The notes under the pieces were generated by a model, which was not told the DNA's origin, made no database searches, and was given only the letters and a program-made list of their open reading frames with translations. A stretch of DNA of 61,438 nucleotides, the filler included, from Dugesia japonica (lineage: Eukaryota): NCBI GenBank assembly GCA_001938525.1. It is 6 parts of 6 records of this genome, joined end to end, with 100 filler letters (N's around TTAATTAATTAA, not from the genome) between each part and the next. Parts side by side here need not be neighbours in the genome. Positions count along the whole stretch, not along the records: positions 10,537 to 18,875 come from MQRL01601178.1; positions 18,976 to 29,913 come from MQRL01510461.1; 4 more parts are not named here. One strand, written 5' to 3'. Shown here one piece after another: positions 13,095 through 26,364 of this stretch (the first letter of the stretch is position 1; each line of letters opens with the position of its first letter). A program made the position numbers and the translations under genes.

Positions 13095-13965
13095 TATATT
13101 AAATATCAACGTGCATTTCTTAAGTAATCTATTAAGAACACTAATTTTGTCAAAAACCATATAAGTTAAGAATAATTGAAAATTTTATTTAAGAAAATTT
13201 AAGAAAACAATCAATAATCTTGTATTTTAGAGATTTACAAAATGTTTTTATTAATGAATTATCGAATCAAAACTAAAATTGGTTCAGTTTAATTTTACTT
13301 TTTTAATCTTAAAGATTTGGTGTATTTTTTAAAATTCGATTACCAATAAATAATTCCCATAGATAAAACAATTAAATGAATGAAAGAAATGATTAATAAT
13401 GAAAAAATTGGACATGCAAGAATAATTAATAAAAATAGTATATTGCTCAAAAAGAGTAATGAGTTAATGAATTATAAATATCGATCAGAAAATAAAGTAA
13501 ACTAATATTCAAGGAGAAAACAGAATTAATTAAATAAATAAAGTATAAAGAGATAAACGTATAGAACTACAACAAAAGAACACGAAGTTGTGAGAGCGGA
13601 ACACAAAGCTGAAGGGATGTAACCTAGCTCTATCGCAAACCAACCGCATAATTTTTTTTACGTTTTCATACTACCATCCTAATATTTGTGTGGGTTTGTC
13701 GTTCCTTATTGTTATATAGCTTTTTCTTAATTCGGTTATGGAGGGGGCAAAATAATAAATATTTGAAACTTTTTATAACCAATAATAAAAATTCAAAATT
13801 ATTTAAAATTTGGTGTGTTATTGTTATAATATAGATTTTTAATTTCATCCAATTTCGTTAGATTTTTAAAAAGCTTTGAATTTTTATTATAGCCATCTTA
13901 ATTTCAGTAAAATTGCTTAAATCTTTATTTGAATAATTTAAACTAAATAATCTCATATTTTTCAT

Positions 13966-14008
13966 TTGTGTCTGATGATAACGGTTGATCCGTCGAAATA
14001 TATCACAA
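13966..14008 (+). ncRNA. Minimal type I hammerhead ribozyme-like motif (Penelope pLTR type)
   Basis: tgt-CTGATGA-ta-ACGG ttgat CCGT-c-GAAA-TATA-TC-aca: core boxes, stem II, palindromic stem III and short stem I. An aataaa overlaps its 3' end. Confidence 0.6.
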
Positions 14009-15384
14009 TAAATTTTATTTTAAATAGCTTTTTTAATTTTTTATAAAAATATTGACATTGTTTTTTTACATAACTATAAAAACAATTAAATAAATACTAT
14101 TCATCTAATTTTATATTGTACGATCTCTTTGAAATGTTTGAATAAATAAATACATATAGATTTTTGAATAAGTGTTTGAATTGTTGTTAGTTTTGTACAT
14201 TAATTAATTCACTTTTTATCACTAATGTATGCGTATGATAATGTTTAATGAAAGCATTACCTAACTTCATCCTACCCTGGCGAGTACAAATATACTTTAC
14301 TAATAGACCAAGGTAACTAATTAGATGCAAAAGAGTACGTCTTACAGTAGAAGCATGATGGAGAAAATTGATCAATATAACGAAATATGTGCGGCAATAT
14401 CGAAAATAAACACAATACAGGAACTAAGTTGTCCAAACAACTCACTAAGATAATTAAAAGCGAATGATTACATGAGTAAATATGCATCACACCTAGGAGA
14501 ATAGATTTAGGAGAAGATATGGCAAAGGATAGTTTCTACTAAAGCAACCAAGAACTGTATTAAACCTTTGAAAAACATCTGGTCAATATGTATAAATCAG
14601 TGAGCTAAATTATCAAATATTCATTACAAATAAGTTCATTTCATACACAAAAATTGCTCTGAAAATTTCAGATTTTCAAATGGTCGATAATAAATTAGCC
14701 AAGTTAGTGGTATAGTAGATTAAAATTAACATATAGAATTAAATAGATTCTAAATTGGTATAAAAAAAGATTCTTCAAAAATTCTCGTGAACGAACAGAA
14801 ATAACGGAATTTAATGACGGTGGATGAAATTTAAAATAGGGAAGTATAGATTTCGGTATCTTTCGGGAAAGATATGGTTTAAATAGAAATATATATTTTA
14901 ATAAGTGGAAAAATTATGTTGGAGTGCAAAAATATAAATAACGATGTATTTTCATGGATTTTCACCGCTGTGTCTTGGCTGATAAGCTGGTAGAAAGCTA
15001 GTTGCTCTAGTTGTACTATTTGCTGTAGTTAAGGGACCGCTAAGTGGAAACGCTAACAGGATGTGTATAGGCCCAACAGATGAGTGCAAAGGGGTGGTAG
15101 AGAGTGTAAATTTTTAACGTATAATGCTCCAAAAATACTTGTATATATTTTGTAATGAAATGCTATGATGAGATGTTGTTGTTTTACATAACGTAGTTAG
15201 TACTTTATTTAAACCTTAAGAAACTTTATAACCCTTATTGCGTTAATTTTATTTCTCTTGGATAATTATTGTTTATAGCTATTATTATTATGACTATTAT
15301 TATAATTATTATTATATTATTATTATCTATAAGAAGAAATTTCCAATAGTTAATTAAATAAGCTTTTTAAATTTATATTATATG

Positions 15385-15663
15385 TTATAATTACAATTAT
15401 TGTGAGAATAATTGTTGGACTTAACCATTGATCGCATTTGAGATTTCATTAAANNNNNNNNNNNNNNNNNNNNNNNNNNNNNNNNNNNNNNNNNNNNNNN
15501 NNNNNNNNNNNNNNNNNNNNNNNNNNNNNNNNNNNNNNNNNNNNNNNNNNNNNNNNNNNNNNNNNNNNNNNNNNNNNNNNTTCTTCAAATTTTATCGAAA
15601 TTTTATTGGTTAATTTTCTTTATAAAAAAAATTAACCAATAAAATTTCGATAAATTTGAAGAA
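15385..15663 (-). mobile_element. Penelope-like terminal repeat copy (gap inside) ending in a fold-back
   Basis: Same 5' and 3' gap flanks as 22417-22660. 15581-15663 is an inverted repeat (ttcttcaaattttatcgaaattttattggttaatttt ... aaaattaaccaataaaatttcgataaatttgaagaa). Confidence 0.6.
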
Positions 15664-16097
15664 TATATACTGATATTTACTGACATTTATTTAATGAAAC
15701 GGATCGGAAACTTTATTTATCTGCACAAAGTTCATTAAATTTACATGTAAACTTTGAATAAAGTTTACTATAAGATTCTTTTTGAATAGCTGTAGTAAAA
15801 ACTTGTTTAAAAAAACAATTTAACTTTCTTTACTATTAAAATTCAAGTCTTAATTTCCGAAATACAATTCTCAAAATTTTCAGATGTCATTTGATAGTGT
15901 TTTAACTTCAAATTCAAATAAATATTAAATATGTTTTTATACTTATTTCAAATTCCAATAAATCATCATTCAAATCATTGAATTTTGATTTTTCTAATTT
16001 TGGTGGCAAATAACCGTTTATATGAACTAATTTTGTTAGACTGTTAATTTATGATTATTTATATCTTATTATTATACAAAAATTATATATTTTATAG

Positions 16098-16340
16098 CAG
16101 GATTGGCCAACCCGCGATCCACCGTGTATAATTTTATGGTCCAAGAAATTCAAAACGATTTTAAAAAATGTTTAATTTTTTTTTATTATTTTTGCTTCTA
16201 TTGTTGTAATGAATATTCTAACACAGATAAATATCAATAATAATTANNAATAATTATTGTTATAAATATTTAATTTTATATATAAATGTAGCTCGTGGGA
16301 TTATGCTAATTTCATAGTGGTCCACAAGATCATTTAGGCT
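16098..16340 (+). mobile_element. hAT-like MITE, family shared with 23967-24198
   Basis: caggattggccaa start and gggattat..ttcatagtgg..gatcattt motifs match the reverse complement of 23967-24198. Confidence 0.6.
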
Positions 16341-18740
16341 TGTCTGGAACTAGCTTATAGTTTGGTGTCAACAAATTGGAACATAAACCAGTGGTTATTT
16401 TTTTAGTACTTTGTATTTACTACTTTTATAAGGTCTCTAATATTGGAATATTCCTACAGTGCTGTGGCTAACAGGTTCCGAGATTCATTGAGTTACATTG
16501 TAAGTAGTACAACTTTCTAAAAAATCAAATCATTCATAATTCTTTAGTGCGATTAGATAATTTAGACATATTAATTTATTCCCAATATTAGCAAAAATCA
16601 AATTTGTAATAAAAGAAATACAAAGATTTGCATCTATGTATAAAATTCAGAATATATTTTCATAACAGATCACAGTGAAATCATTGTACTCAATTTTTTC
16701 TANCCATAATCAGAAGAAAAATCCAGGTCTGCAGTTAGCAATTTATATAATTATATTATTTTCATGATACAAGTACAGCCAAAATTCACGTGACAAAAAA
16801 TCATTTTCAATAATGGCTGTTAAAGAAAATTAAGTCGATTTTACTAATATAAATGATGACATTGATTAAATTTCATTTTAAAAAAAAACGTTGGAAGAAA
16901 ATTTTTCAAAATCAATTGATTGGCATAATACTGAAATTGTCAGTATAAATTTTTCAGTTTGTTTAATATTTCATTTCAAATAGAAAAAAACCAAACCTTT
17001 AAGTAGGCTTAATTTAATCTAAATTTAATACAGAATAAAGTTAGAATTGATATATGGTAAATCCTTGTTTAGCTAGCAAAATATTTAACGACATTTTCTA
17101 TGTATTATTTTTGACGCGAAAGATTGGTATCAGGCACTTCCATCAAATCTGTCATCAAAATTTTCTAAATTTATCAGCTAAATAAAATTGCTTTATTTTG
17201 AAGTCATTGTTCTGGTATCATTATATCAAAACAATTCCTATTTGAGCACAATTAACTAATTAAATATTTCATAAAATTAAAAGCTTCGATCGAAATGTTT
17301 TTTTATAATTTCTTAGTTAGTGTTTGTAATAATAAATTGGCAAGAAAATATAAAGTTGGAAATTATTTAAAATCTTAAGAAAAAATTAGATCATTAAAAT
17401 TAATCAAATGAGCATATAGTTGAGTTTGTAAGAATATACAAATAGTAGTAATTAAAGTTAATAAGAGGATATATTATTGGAAATTTGAAATGGAACAAAT
17501 TAATAACATAAAAATAATTAAAGTATAAAATAATTTAAATATAAAATAATAAATTATTACCTCAAAAGTTGGCGAGCATGGCACCCGCCAAGAGGAAAAA
17601 TGAAAATAATGAAAGTATTTTTATTATTCTTGTTTTGAGAATGATGCGAAAGTCATTAAACAAATTGGAAATGGATATCAAAATTTTGACAACCCAGTGA
17701 TTGGTTTAGATGAACAGAACAAAAAAGACAAACCTCCAAACCTTAAAATCGAAATTAAATAATAAATGGAGAAGTAAGTTAGAAGTAAATTATTTTAACA
17801 TTCAAACTATCTCACATCGACTAAGAGTGCGTTTGTTGTAAATGATTTTATAAAAATATTTTTAAATTATGCATTAGTAAAAAAAAATTGAAAACAATAT
17901 CATACTAACGATTCTACAATTCTTAATTAATATTAGTTAATTAATGAATTGCTAACGTTATAGGTAATTTATTAAAATTATTACTTTTTGATTGGAAAAT
18001 TTTTTATACAAATTTTTATGAAGTCATTTATAATAAATTTTTACATTAAATAATTAATCAAAGTTAATTAAATTAAAAGTGCAGATATTTAAAAATTAAA
18101 GAAAAAATTAATTGAAAAATTATTAGATTTGTTGTCAATATTATCAACGATGTCGTCAGTGCTTATGTCATCATGCGATGCATCAATCAGATGATTGTTG
18201 TTAATTGATTAAATATGAATTATTCTAAAATAAATCAATATGAAAATCATCGATAAAATCTAAGTAAGTTCTCTTGAAATATTTATAAAAAATAAATCAA
18301 TAAATTATTTCATCCATTTTATTAGCAGATATAATAATCTTATAAAACCAATCTAGTTGTTTATGAAATATTATGAATAATTTATGCAAATATGAAATAA
18401 ATTTCAATTTAGTATGCATCAATGGAAAATGAAAAATCTAAACAAACTTGTAAGTTGGAAATTTATTTACTAACTTTAAAGCATTTTAATCTATTATCCA
18501 AATCATGATAATAATTGCTTTATTTTGCGGATGAATGCTTCATGTAAACCAATTAAAATGTAAACTTGTTGGTTGTAAAAATTGTTACAACAACAATAAT
18601 AATAATAATAATAACAATAATTGTTTTACAATTGCAATTATTGCGAGAATAATTGTTGAACATAATCATTGATCGTTTTTTAGAATTCATTTAAAATAAA
18701 AGCTTCGATCAAAAAAAAATTTATTATTTTTTTGAGATTG

Positions 18741-18773
18741 ATTCGATATTTCGACTTTGTCTTCGTCAGGAAT
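18741..18773 (-). ncRNA. Minimal type I hammerhead ribozyme (intact core)
   Basis: ATTC-CTGACGA-A-GAC AAA GTC-GAAA-TA-TC-GAAT: 4-bp stem I, 3-bp stem II, palindromic stem III (ATAT), cleavage after AUC. Confidence 0.75.
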
Positions 18774-18778
18774 TAACT

Positions 18779-18811
18779 TTTCCTGCCGAAGATAAAGTCG
18801 AAATATCGAAT
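18779..18811 (+). ncRNA. Hammerhead copy with mutated core
   Basis: TTTC-CTGCCGA-A-GAT AAA GTC-GAAA-TATC-GAAT; CUGA is changed to CUGC. Confidence 0.55.
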
Positions 18812-18875
18812 CAATCTCATAAAAATAATAAAAACATTTTTGATGGAAGCTTTTATTTTAAATGAAATAATATTG

Positions 18876-18975
18876 NNNNNNNNNNNNNNNNNNNNNNNNN
18901 NNNNNNNNNNNNNNNNNNNTTAATTAATTAANNNNNNNNNNNNNNNNNNNNNNNNNNNNNNNNNNNNNNNNNNNN
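18876..18975. other. Artificial contig spacer
   Basis: N44-TTAATTAATTAA-N44. Confidence 0.95.
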
Positions 18976-19505
18976 ATAATAAAACTGGGAATCAATTTAT
19001 TCGTGATAAAATTTAATTATCTTTTGGAAATTTGTAATGTTTGCAACAACATTTATTTTAACAACCAATTATCATTGCATTATAAATAATTTCAAAAATA
19101 ATTGAAAATAATATAGAATAATACGTGATCCTTCTTTCACAACAAATTATGACATAAGAATCAATTGGAAACAGATATGCATGATATACAAGGTTAATGG
19201 ACAAGCGCCAAGATATTGGTACTGGATAACGTGAAAATATCTCAACAGTATAACAGAAATGGAATCGTTGAAGATATGGTAGCAAGCAGGAATAACGATG
19301 CAGACTCCCGAATCAAAAGAGAGCATATCATTCAATCTATAGGGATGAGTCACCGACTCCCCTCCAGACTAGGCCTAGGACATATTGAAGGCCACTAAAA
19401 GGGATCCTTAGTTCAAGTGAGAGCCACAGAAATAGGATCGAGAAAGTTGAAGAATAAATTAATATAATATAATAATATAGCATATATAATTCTCAAATAA
19501 CTCAC

Positions 19506-20137
19506 ATCTAATCCATTGATTTCTACATGAAGGTATGCCAAACCATTAGTAATGGAACGGATCATTTTAACAGCTTGTTCAACGGAAAGCATGTGAACTC
19601 GTAAATACTCAAATAAAGAACCATTTTCATGATAATCTGTGACCAGCCACAATTCAGTAGCAAGCCCATTATCTCGTCTATCAGTAGTCACAAATCCTAA
19701 TACATTGCTGTGCCTCAAAAAATTCTGTTGATACATATCTTTTTCACGCGCCCATGAAACTTCGTCGCGACTACTAAAGATTTTTACGGCTATATTATCT
19801 CCGTTCCACTTTCCAAGCCAAACTGTTCCAAAACGACCTTCACCAACGGATTGAATAAGACTTATATCTGTTGCTGCAGTTCTTCTTGTCATAACAGGCA
19901 TTCCAAACCCAGACCCACTACAAGATAATTGAATACTGTCTACTTTTATCCCATTGTATGGTCTGAAGTACGGGCTAATTAAAGAATCTCTGTACTCTTT
20001 ATTTTCATCTCGATCTGAAGGCAGATTACCGCTAGATCGTCTTCTATAGCCTCGAATAATTGAAAACAGTTTATTAAAACATAAAAGTTTTTTATAAAAT
20101 GGTTGTCGAGATGGGTCCATGGATTGCGAATATTGTC
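19506..20137 (-). CDS. TGF-beta/activin type I receptor, exon 3 (juxtamembrane region, GS box, N-terminal half of the kinase); rest of the gene is off-contig
   Basis: Acceptor ttttag|GA is phase 1, matching exon 2. Motifs SCSGSGFGMP, GEGRFG, AVKIF, LRHSNVLGF, L45 loop DRRDNGLATELWL (ALK4/5/7-like) and LAYLHVEI. Donor GAT|gtgagt. Confidence 0.93.
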
Positions 20138-20947
20138 CTAAAATATGAATTACTATAATGTTTAAAGTATCATTAATTTGAAATACAATAGATATTTTTA
20201 GAAAAAAATGTCTTTGAATTCCTATAGGATTCATATTTGAACTTTATATAATAACACGATTCAATAAAATCAAAAAATATATTTAATTAAAATATCCATT
20301 AAAAATTTTATTTGTTAATTGAAACTTAAATCAGCAATGAACGAAAAGATAAAAGAAATAAAATGAAGTCAGAAATGACGGATCCTTAACTAAAACATGA
20401 ATAATTATTTTTAATGCAGGAATACGATATAAGAATTTGTATGAAAAATCATTTATTATATCTGAAATGGTAAATTCTGAATTCTCAAAATAATAATGAA
20501 CACAAAAATGTAAAATATAGTTCAATTGTATTTTTAAATCATTTCGCAAATACAATATGGGAAATATGAATTTTTCTTTAATAAAAAATATAAAAATATA
20601 ATTAATAAAAATACCATATATTATTTTTATATTACACTTTTAATAAATGTTTAAATTTCTTAAAATTATTTTAATATTTTAATATTTAATTAACTAAAAT
20701 ATTACATTTATAATAGTTACTAATATTTGGATTAATTATAATTCTTTTAAAATTTTAAAATTCAAAATATTTTATCAGATAAAATAAATTATCTATAATT
20801 TATCTTATCAAGATTATGTGGCGGCGAAGTTTATAGATAACAACGGCTATTATAATAATTATAGGCTGTGGGTGTAACGAGATGNNNNNNNNNNNNNNNN
20901 NNNNNNNNNNNNNNNNNNNNNNNNNNNNNNNNNNNNNNNNNNNNNNN

Positions 20948-21015
<68 letters not shown>

Positions 21016-21018
21016 AAT
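20948..21018. repeat. (AAT)n microsatellite
   Basis: Direct reading. Confidence 0.95.
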
Positions 21019-21262
21019 ATTTTTAAATACAAAGAAAATTTTAATTTATATAAATTAAATTAAATGTTAGATACTTGATAGACAAATAATTTTTTAATAT
21101 GTTGAATATAAAAATGTTGAAAAATTATATTGAAACAAATATGAAACGAAGGATTTGACAAAAACAATAAAGATTATCAAGCAAAACCAAAGGATATATA
21201 TTCACGGAAATTGTTTTCTTAATAAATCAAATCAATTTTTAGAATTTTTATGTTAAAGCAAC

Positions 21263-22125
21263 ATGGCTCCTCAACTTACAGATTTACAGAGAAAAGTCAT
21301 TATATTATTCTAATCAAATAAACGGGGATTAAAAAATGCCAAAGTATTCTATCGAGTTTTTCAATTGAATATCAGAAAATCAATTTTTATTTGGTATGCA
21401 TTCGTTTGAAGACAAATGTCTCAGCAGTTGCTAAAAGAACACGTGAACAGATCTAGCAAGAACAATTGATGTCGCACTTAGATAGAAAATCTGGGAAATG
21501 GCTATAAAGAAATTAGTCCTCGTCATCGTATACATAGCAGCCAAAGAAAGATTGTTGGAGAATGTAACATATCACAATCATCAGTTTGTAAACAATTGGT
21601 AATATGTTCATTCAAGTGTTACAAACGTATAAAATGTAACACATAGACAGAAACAAAAAAATAAGCTTGTATGTCGAAGACTAATTACCTGATTGAACAT
21701 TTTATACAAAACGACATGTGAAAATTCATATGATTCTCCGATGAGACCACAATTAATATTTCACTCATTTAATACGCAAAATAAACGCATAAACCGAGAA
21801 GTGGCAGTGTAAACAGGTTTTCCAATCAAAGAGTTACTGGTTGAAATTGATCACCAATAACCATAAGTAACGGTCTACAATGCGGTGTCTTAGAAAGGTG
21901 AAACACGACTGCAATTTATTAAAGAGTTGTTATAAGACAAGACAATTTTGCTCCTTCACGAACGAAAAAGACACCAGTTAATCAATATATTTATCGTACT
22001 GAATATGCCCCGCAATAATGGAAATCAATTCGAACATTTGTGATTACATGTCTCTTAACCTTTTGTCATTTTTGTAAATACAGACTTATCATTATAAATC
22101 TTTTGGTATTTTATGAATCACCCTA
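21263..22125 (+). mobile_element. Highly decayed Tc1/mariner element in receptor intron 2
   Basis: MAPQLTDLQRKVII start, FSDET motif near 21735, VTVYNAVS*KGETRLQFI motif, and a TIR-like end ...tgaatcacccta-TA. Confidence 0.55.
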
Positions 22126-22416
22126 TATAAACAAAACTACAGAACCAATAGTTGGAAATCAATGCTTTTGAAAATAAGGAGCGTCTAAAATTATTATCTG
22201 AAAGTAATGATTACGAGTGATCAAAGAATTATGTCAAATGCATAAAAGTAAAATCAATTTTTCCAGTTCATGTCATCATGCTGATAAGGATCAGATTTAA
22301 AGACAATTGAGAACAATTTAAGATTTTTTTCAAATATTCCTGAAAGATTAAATGCATAGATATTGGTTTGAATTATTTTTGGAAGTTGAATTCATACGGA
22401 ATTCTATAATACAATT

Positions 22417-22766
22417 TTATAATTACAATTATTGTGAGAATAATTGTTGGACTTAACCATTGATCGCATTTGAGATTTCATNNNNNNNNNNNNNNNNNNN
22501 NNNNNNNNNNNNNNNNNNNNNNNNNNNNNNNNNNNNNNNNNNNNNNNNNNNNNNNNNNNNNNNNNNNNNNNNNNNNNNNNNNNNNNNNNNNNNNNNNNNN
22601 NNNNNNNNNNNNNNNNNNNNNNNNNNTCAAATTTTATCGAAATTTTATTGGTTAATTTTTTTTATACTTTTAATTTTAAATTTTATTGATTTTAATTTTT
22701 TTTTTTATTTTATTTAAAAATAAAAATTAAAATCATTAAAATTTAGCATTAAAAGTATAAAAAAAA
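22417..22766 (-). mobile_element. Penelope-like terminal repeat copy (gap inside) followed by an AT-rich fold-back
   Basis: Flanks match those of 15385-15620. 22657-22766 is an imperfect inverted repeat. Confidence 0.6.
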
Positions 22767-23966
22767 TTATTTTTTAATAATTATTCTGTTTTATAATTGT
22801 AAAATTTATCCATTGTCCGATAATGTTGCTTAAAAGCAGCTAATTTCAAAATTCTTTGCTAATATTACATTGTTATAATATAAAACAGTAACTTTCTATA
22901 CAAAAAACATTTACAAAACATTACTGGAAATATTTTCAGAAGAATCTAGTATCGAAAATTTGAATTCTAGTAAACAAAAATCTAGATATTTGATATTTAA
23001 CTTTAATATTTATTTAAGAAAACAAATGGTACTGATTTAATTTACTTATATTTCTAAATAATAAAACCTAAACAATTTTTATTTCATCTTTATATGCTAA
23101 TGACAGTATTCATTTTTCAGCAATAACTTATAATGCCACAATTTCTAAAATTCATTAGTCGGCATTATATATATATATATATATATATATAAGCTTATCA
23201 GTGTTAAGAAACCAAGAAATTATAATGGAAAAATGTAACGTTGGATATTATGTAACATATTTTAATATTTTTTTATTATTCAGCTGATAAAATAACGGTA
23301 TTTCTTAGTAGCAATAGAAATTAATGTGTTTGCGTATCAATCCAACTGGTAAACATGTGGCTAAAATACAATTTCCTATCTGAATTATGATTTGTGAAAT
23401 AGAATTTTGAACACAAAATTATAATTAAATACTAATGTGATAATAGATAGGAAAAACTAATTAGCATTGAAAATTATTTTCGCTTTTTAATTATACAGAA
23501 AATACTAGAAATAAATGTTAACTTCACTCACCTAAATATATATTCTACATATAGAGAGAACTTAACATTTATGATTGTACAATAACAAAACAAGAAACTA
23601 TTAACTGAATGGAACAAAAATATTACATAATAATATTATTCTAACATAATCAATTCAAAATTCAAAATGTAACTTAAATTAAACAAAGTAGAAATTCTTT
23701 TTCCAAATCACAACTAATATTTTTAGACATCATTTATTTCATTACTAAAACAGCTACTTGATTAGATAATTATAAGTGATTAGAATTAATTATATATTAA
23801 TATTCAATTTAATCACTTTCTATTGGTTACCAAACCGTGCGGCACAAAAAGTTTCAATTATTTCTTTAAAAGTAGCATAATAATAGACCACAATAATAGA
23901 TTTTTGACCCCACGAACTAAATAAAGTTTGGGAACCATCGGTTTAATGTAAATAATAGGTATATAA

Positions 23967-24198
23967 CAGGCCCCGCAAACACAAATGATCCTACAAGCCA
24001 CTATGAAAATGCATTATAATCCCCCGATCACATGTATATATAAAAATTATGGATGAACACAATAAATCATTATTACATTTTATTATTGACATATATATGT
24101 ATCACGATATTCATTACAAGACAAAACAAAAATGATGCACCAATTACACATTTTTTAAATCGTCTTAAATCTCGCGAGCCCCGAATTGGCCAATCCTA
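23967..24198 (-). mobile_element. hAT-like MITE, family shared with 16098-16340
   Basis: Reverse-complement similarity to 16098-16340 at both ends. Confidence 0.6.
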
Positions 24199-25271
24199 GT
24201 AGAATATTTCAATTATTTTATACGGTTATCATTTTTACAATCAAATTACTTTCGAAAATTGAATTTATAAAAGATATTTTGGTTCATAAATTTTGAAAAT
24301 GTACACTTAAAATATTTGATTGTCTGGAATTAAAGTCGTTACTAAAAATAGATTTTATCATCGTAGTATTGGCTATTCATTCATCATGTACTATTGGAAT
24401 AAATTTATATGCCGGTTAATATTTTTTTCAAATTTAACAATCGAATAACAAAAATTTTTAACTTAATATTCATAATTTAATTCTTTCTAAAATCTCAAAT
24501 TACTTTTAATAATTGTAATTACATAATTCAATACATAACAAATTATTACACTGGAAATAAATAAAAGATCATTCAATTGTTATATTCTTACATTACATCA
24601 CATTATTATAGTTTAATATTACTCTGTATTCAATATTGATGGAACATAATTAAATTTACAAGCTTATTTACAAATCATCGTTATATGATAATTTACATGT
24701 TAATTTTTTTAAATCATTAAGTGATGCTTTAAAATAACCCAAGCGTAACTGTTATATTTGAACTCGTAGATAAATTAATCTTAATTAAACATAAAATTAA
24801 GAATTAAAAACAATTAATTTTTTTNNNNNNNNNNNNNNNNNNNNNNNNNNNNNNNNNNNNNNNNNNNNNNNNNNNNNNTATAAAATTTTCAATAAATAAA
24901 CCACCTAGAGACTCATAAATCGAACTCGTTACAAGATCACGGAACTTCGAGATTTGGACGAATTTTATATACTTATAAATGATAACATATGTGACTAAAT
25001 AATATTGGTCTAGAACGTGTGATATCAGAATAAGCGTGTAAAAATATACAAGCCAATGTGGGTTACATTAAAATTTAAATAAATACAAAGTTGTATAATG
25101 TTAATGTTAAATGTAAACAATAAAAATAATTTTGAACAAAAATAGATTTTTTAGAATATGCATATTTCCGGGAAATGTTATCAAAATTAAAAATCATTTT
25201 AATTTTCAAAAATACAAAATAAATAATTGTATTTTACATCAAAATATTNAAAAAAAATTTGATATAAACAA

Positions 25272-25320
25272 GATCAATGGTTAAGTTCAACAATTATTCT
25301 CGCAATAATTGTAATTGCAA
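25272..25320 (+). repeat. Penelope-like terminal fragment
   Basis: gatcaatggttaagttcaacaattattctcgcaataattgtaattg is the reverse complement of the 15390/18626/22420 motif. Confidence 0.65.
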
Positions 25321-25430
25321 AAATCTCAAATAAAACTAATAAAATTAATGAGTTGATGTAAAAGCATATTATATAACAAGAATATCCTTAGATATCACCT
25401 TCCGTTAAATAGCAACAGTTTGTCATTCAA

Positions 25431-26247
25431 TAGTAGCATTTTCCCATTCAATTGTAACATTTTTCGGACACAATATTTATTGATGTACCTAGAGCAATTC
25501 TGACACTCAATTGGTTATATTTCAGACAATAAATGTAAAATATCTTAAGTCATCTTCCGAAGTTATTATTCGGCCTCAGTAATCATTAAATGTACAGTAT
25601 TGTTTCTTCTTCATTTCTTAACCTAGAGTAGATGACATTTTTTAACTTTCAAAAAGCATTTTCTATCGGATTTAGCATTACGAATATGATGATAGAAATT
25701 TTAATTCGTAATTAAATTCAGATACAATTATTTCAATATTAGTTCACCTACGAATTATTGAATTATCCAAAATTAGGCATGCGTTTTTCATATGTTTTAC
25801 ATCTCTTAAAAATATAAACAGTTCTCGAAGGTATTCTAAAAGATATCGCCGTTTACCTTAAAATTGGATATTACAATATATATTGAACTTGTTGATATGC
25901 TGCCTATCATAGTTACCGAGCTTCCTCTTACTGTTGAGTTTCCTCTTTTTCTACTTGATCTCAAATGAGATCTTTTAAAATGTAGATTAGATGATGTTCC
26001 ATCAATAAATATTGCCAAAAAAATATTTTCCAAACCACAGAGCATACTCCTTTTTCAGTAAAACTTTATCTGGAGAATACACACGATCCAACGTTCTGTG
26101 AGGAAGCTTGAATGTAATTCCGAATCCCTCAAGGCTTCCATCAATAGTGGATATTGATATTCATATATATTATTTATAGCAATTTAATTGTTAACAGTTC
26201 AAAATTGTGTCCGAAAAATTTTATAATTGAATAAGAAAATGTTACTA
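25431..26247 (-). mobile_element. Internally deleted IS630/Tc1-type transposon
   Basis: ~44-bp imperfect TIRs (25431-25474 / 26204-26247). Relic motifs IFIDGTSSNLH, RGSSVTMIGSIS, ILDNS and LKFLSSYS*MLNPIENAF. Confidence 0.85.
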
Positions 26248-26364
26248 TAAAGAAATAATAATTTAATAATTTTTATATTAAATTTGTGAATTTTTTGTCC
26301 AAATAATGTTTATATTAAAACATCGATTATTTTTTTTACATAAATTTTTTAAAATAAAACTTAC

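Larger units (their letters stand above)
18626..18866. mobile_element. Penelope-like pLTR fragment folded into an inverted repeat (arms 18686-18773 / 18779-18866)
   Basis: Near-perfect ~88-bp arms. The same sequence follows the Penelope RT relic at 40190-40282. Adjacent to an (AAT/AAC)n tract. Confidence 0.8.

Noticed and set aside
19058-19398. Short ORFs as the next receptor kinase exon
   Set aside because: No KPAIAHRD/HRDxKSxN motif in the listed ORF translations. Probably an intronic repeat relic; the gene is cut by the contig end.
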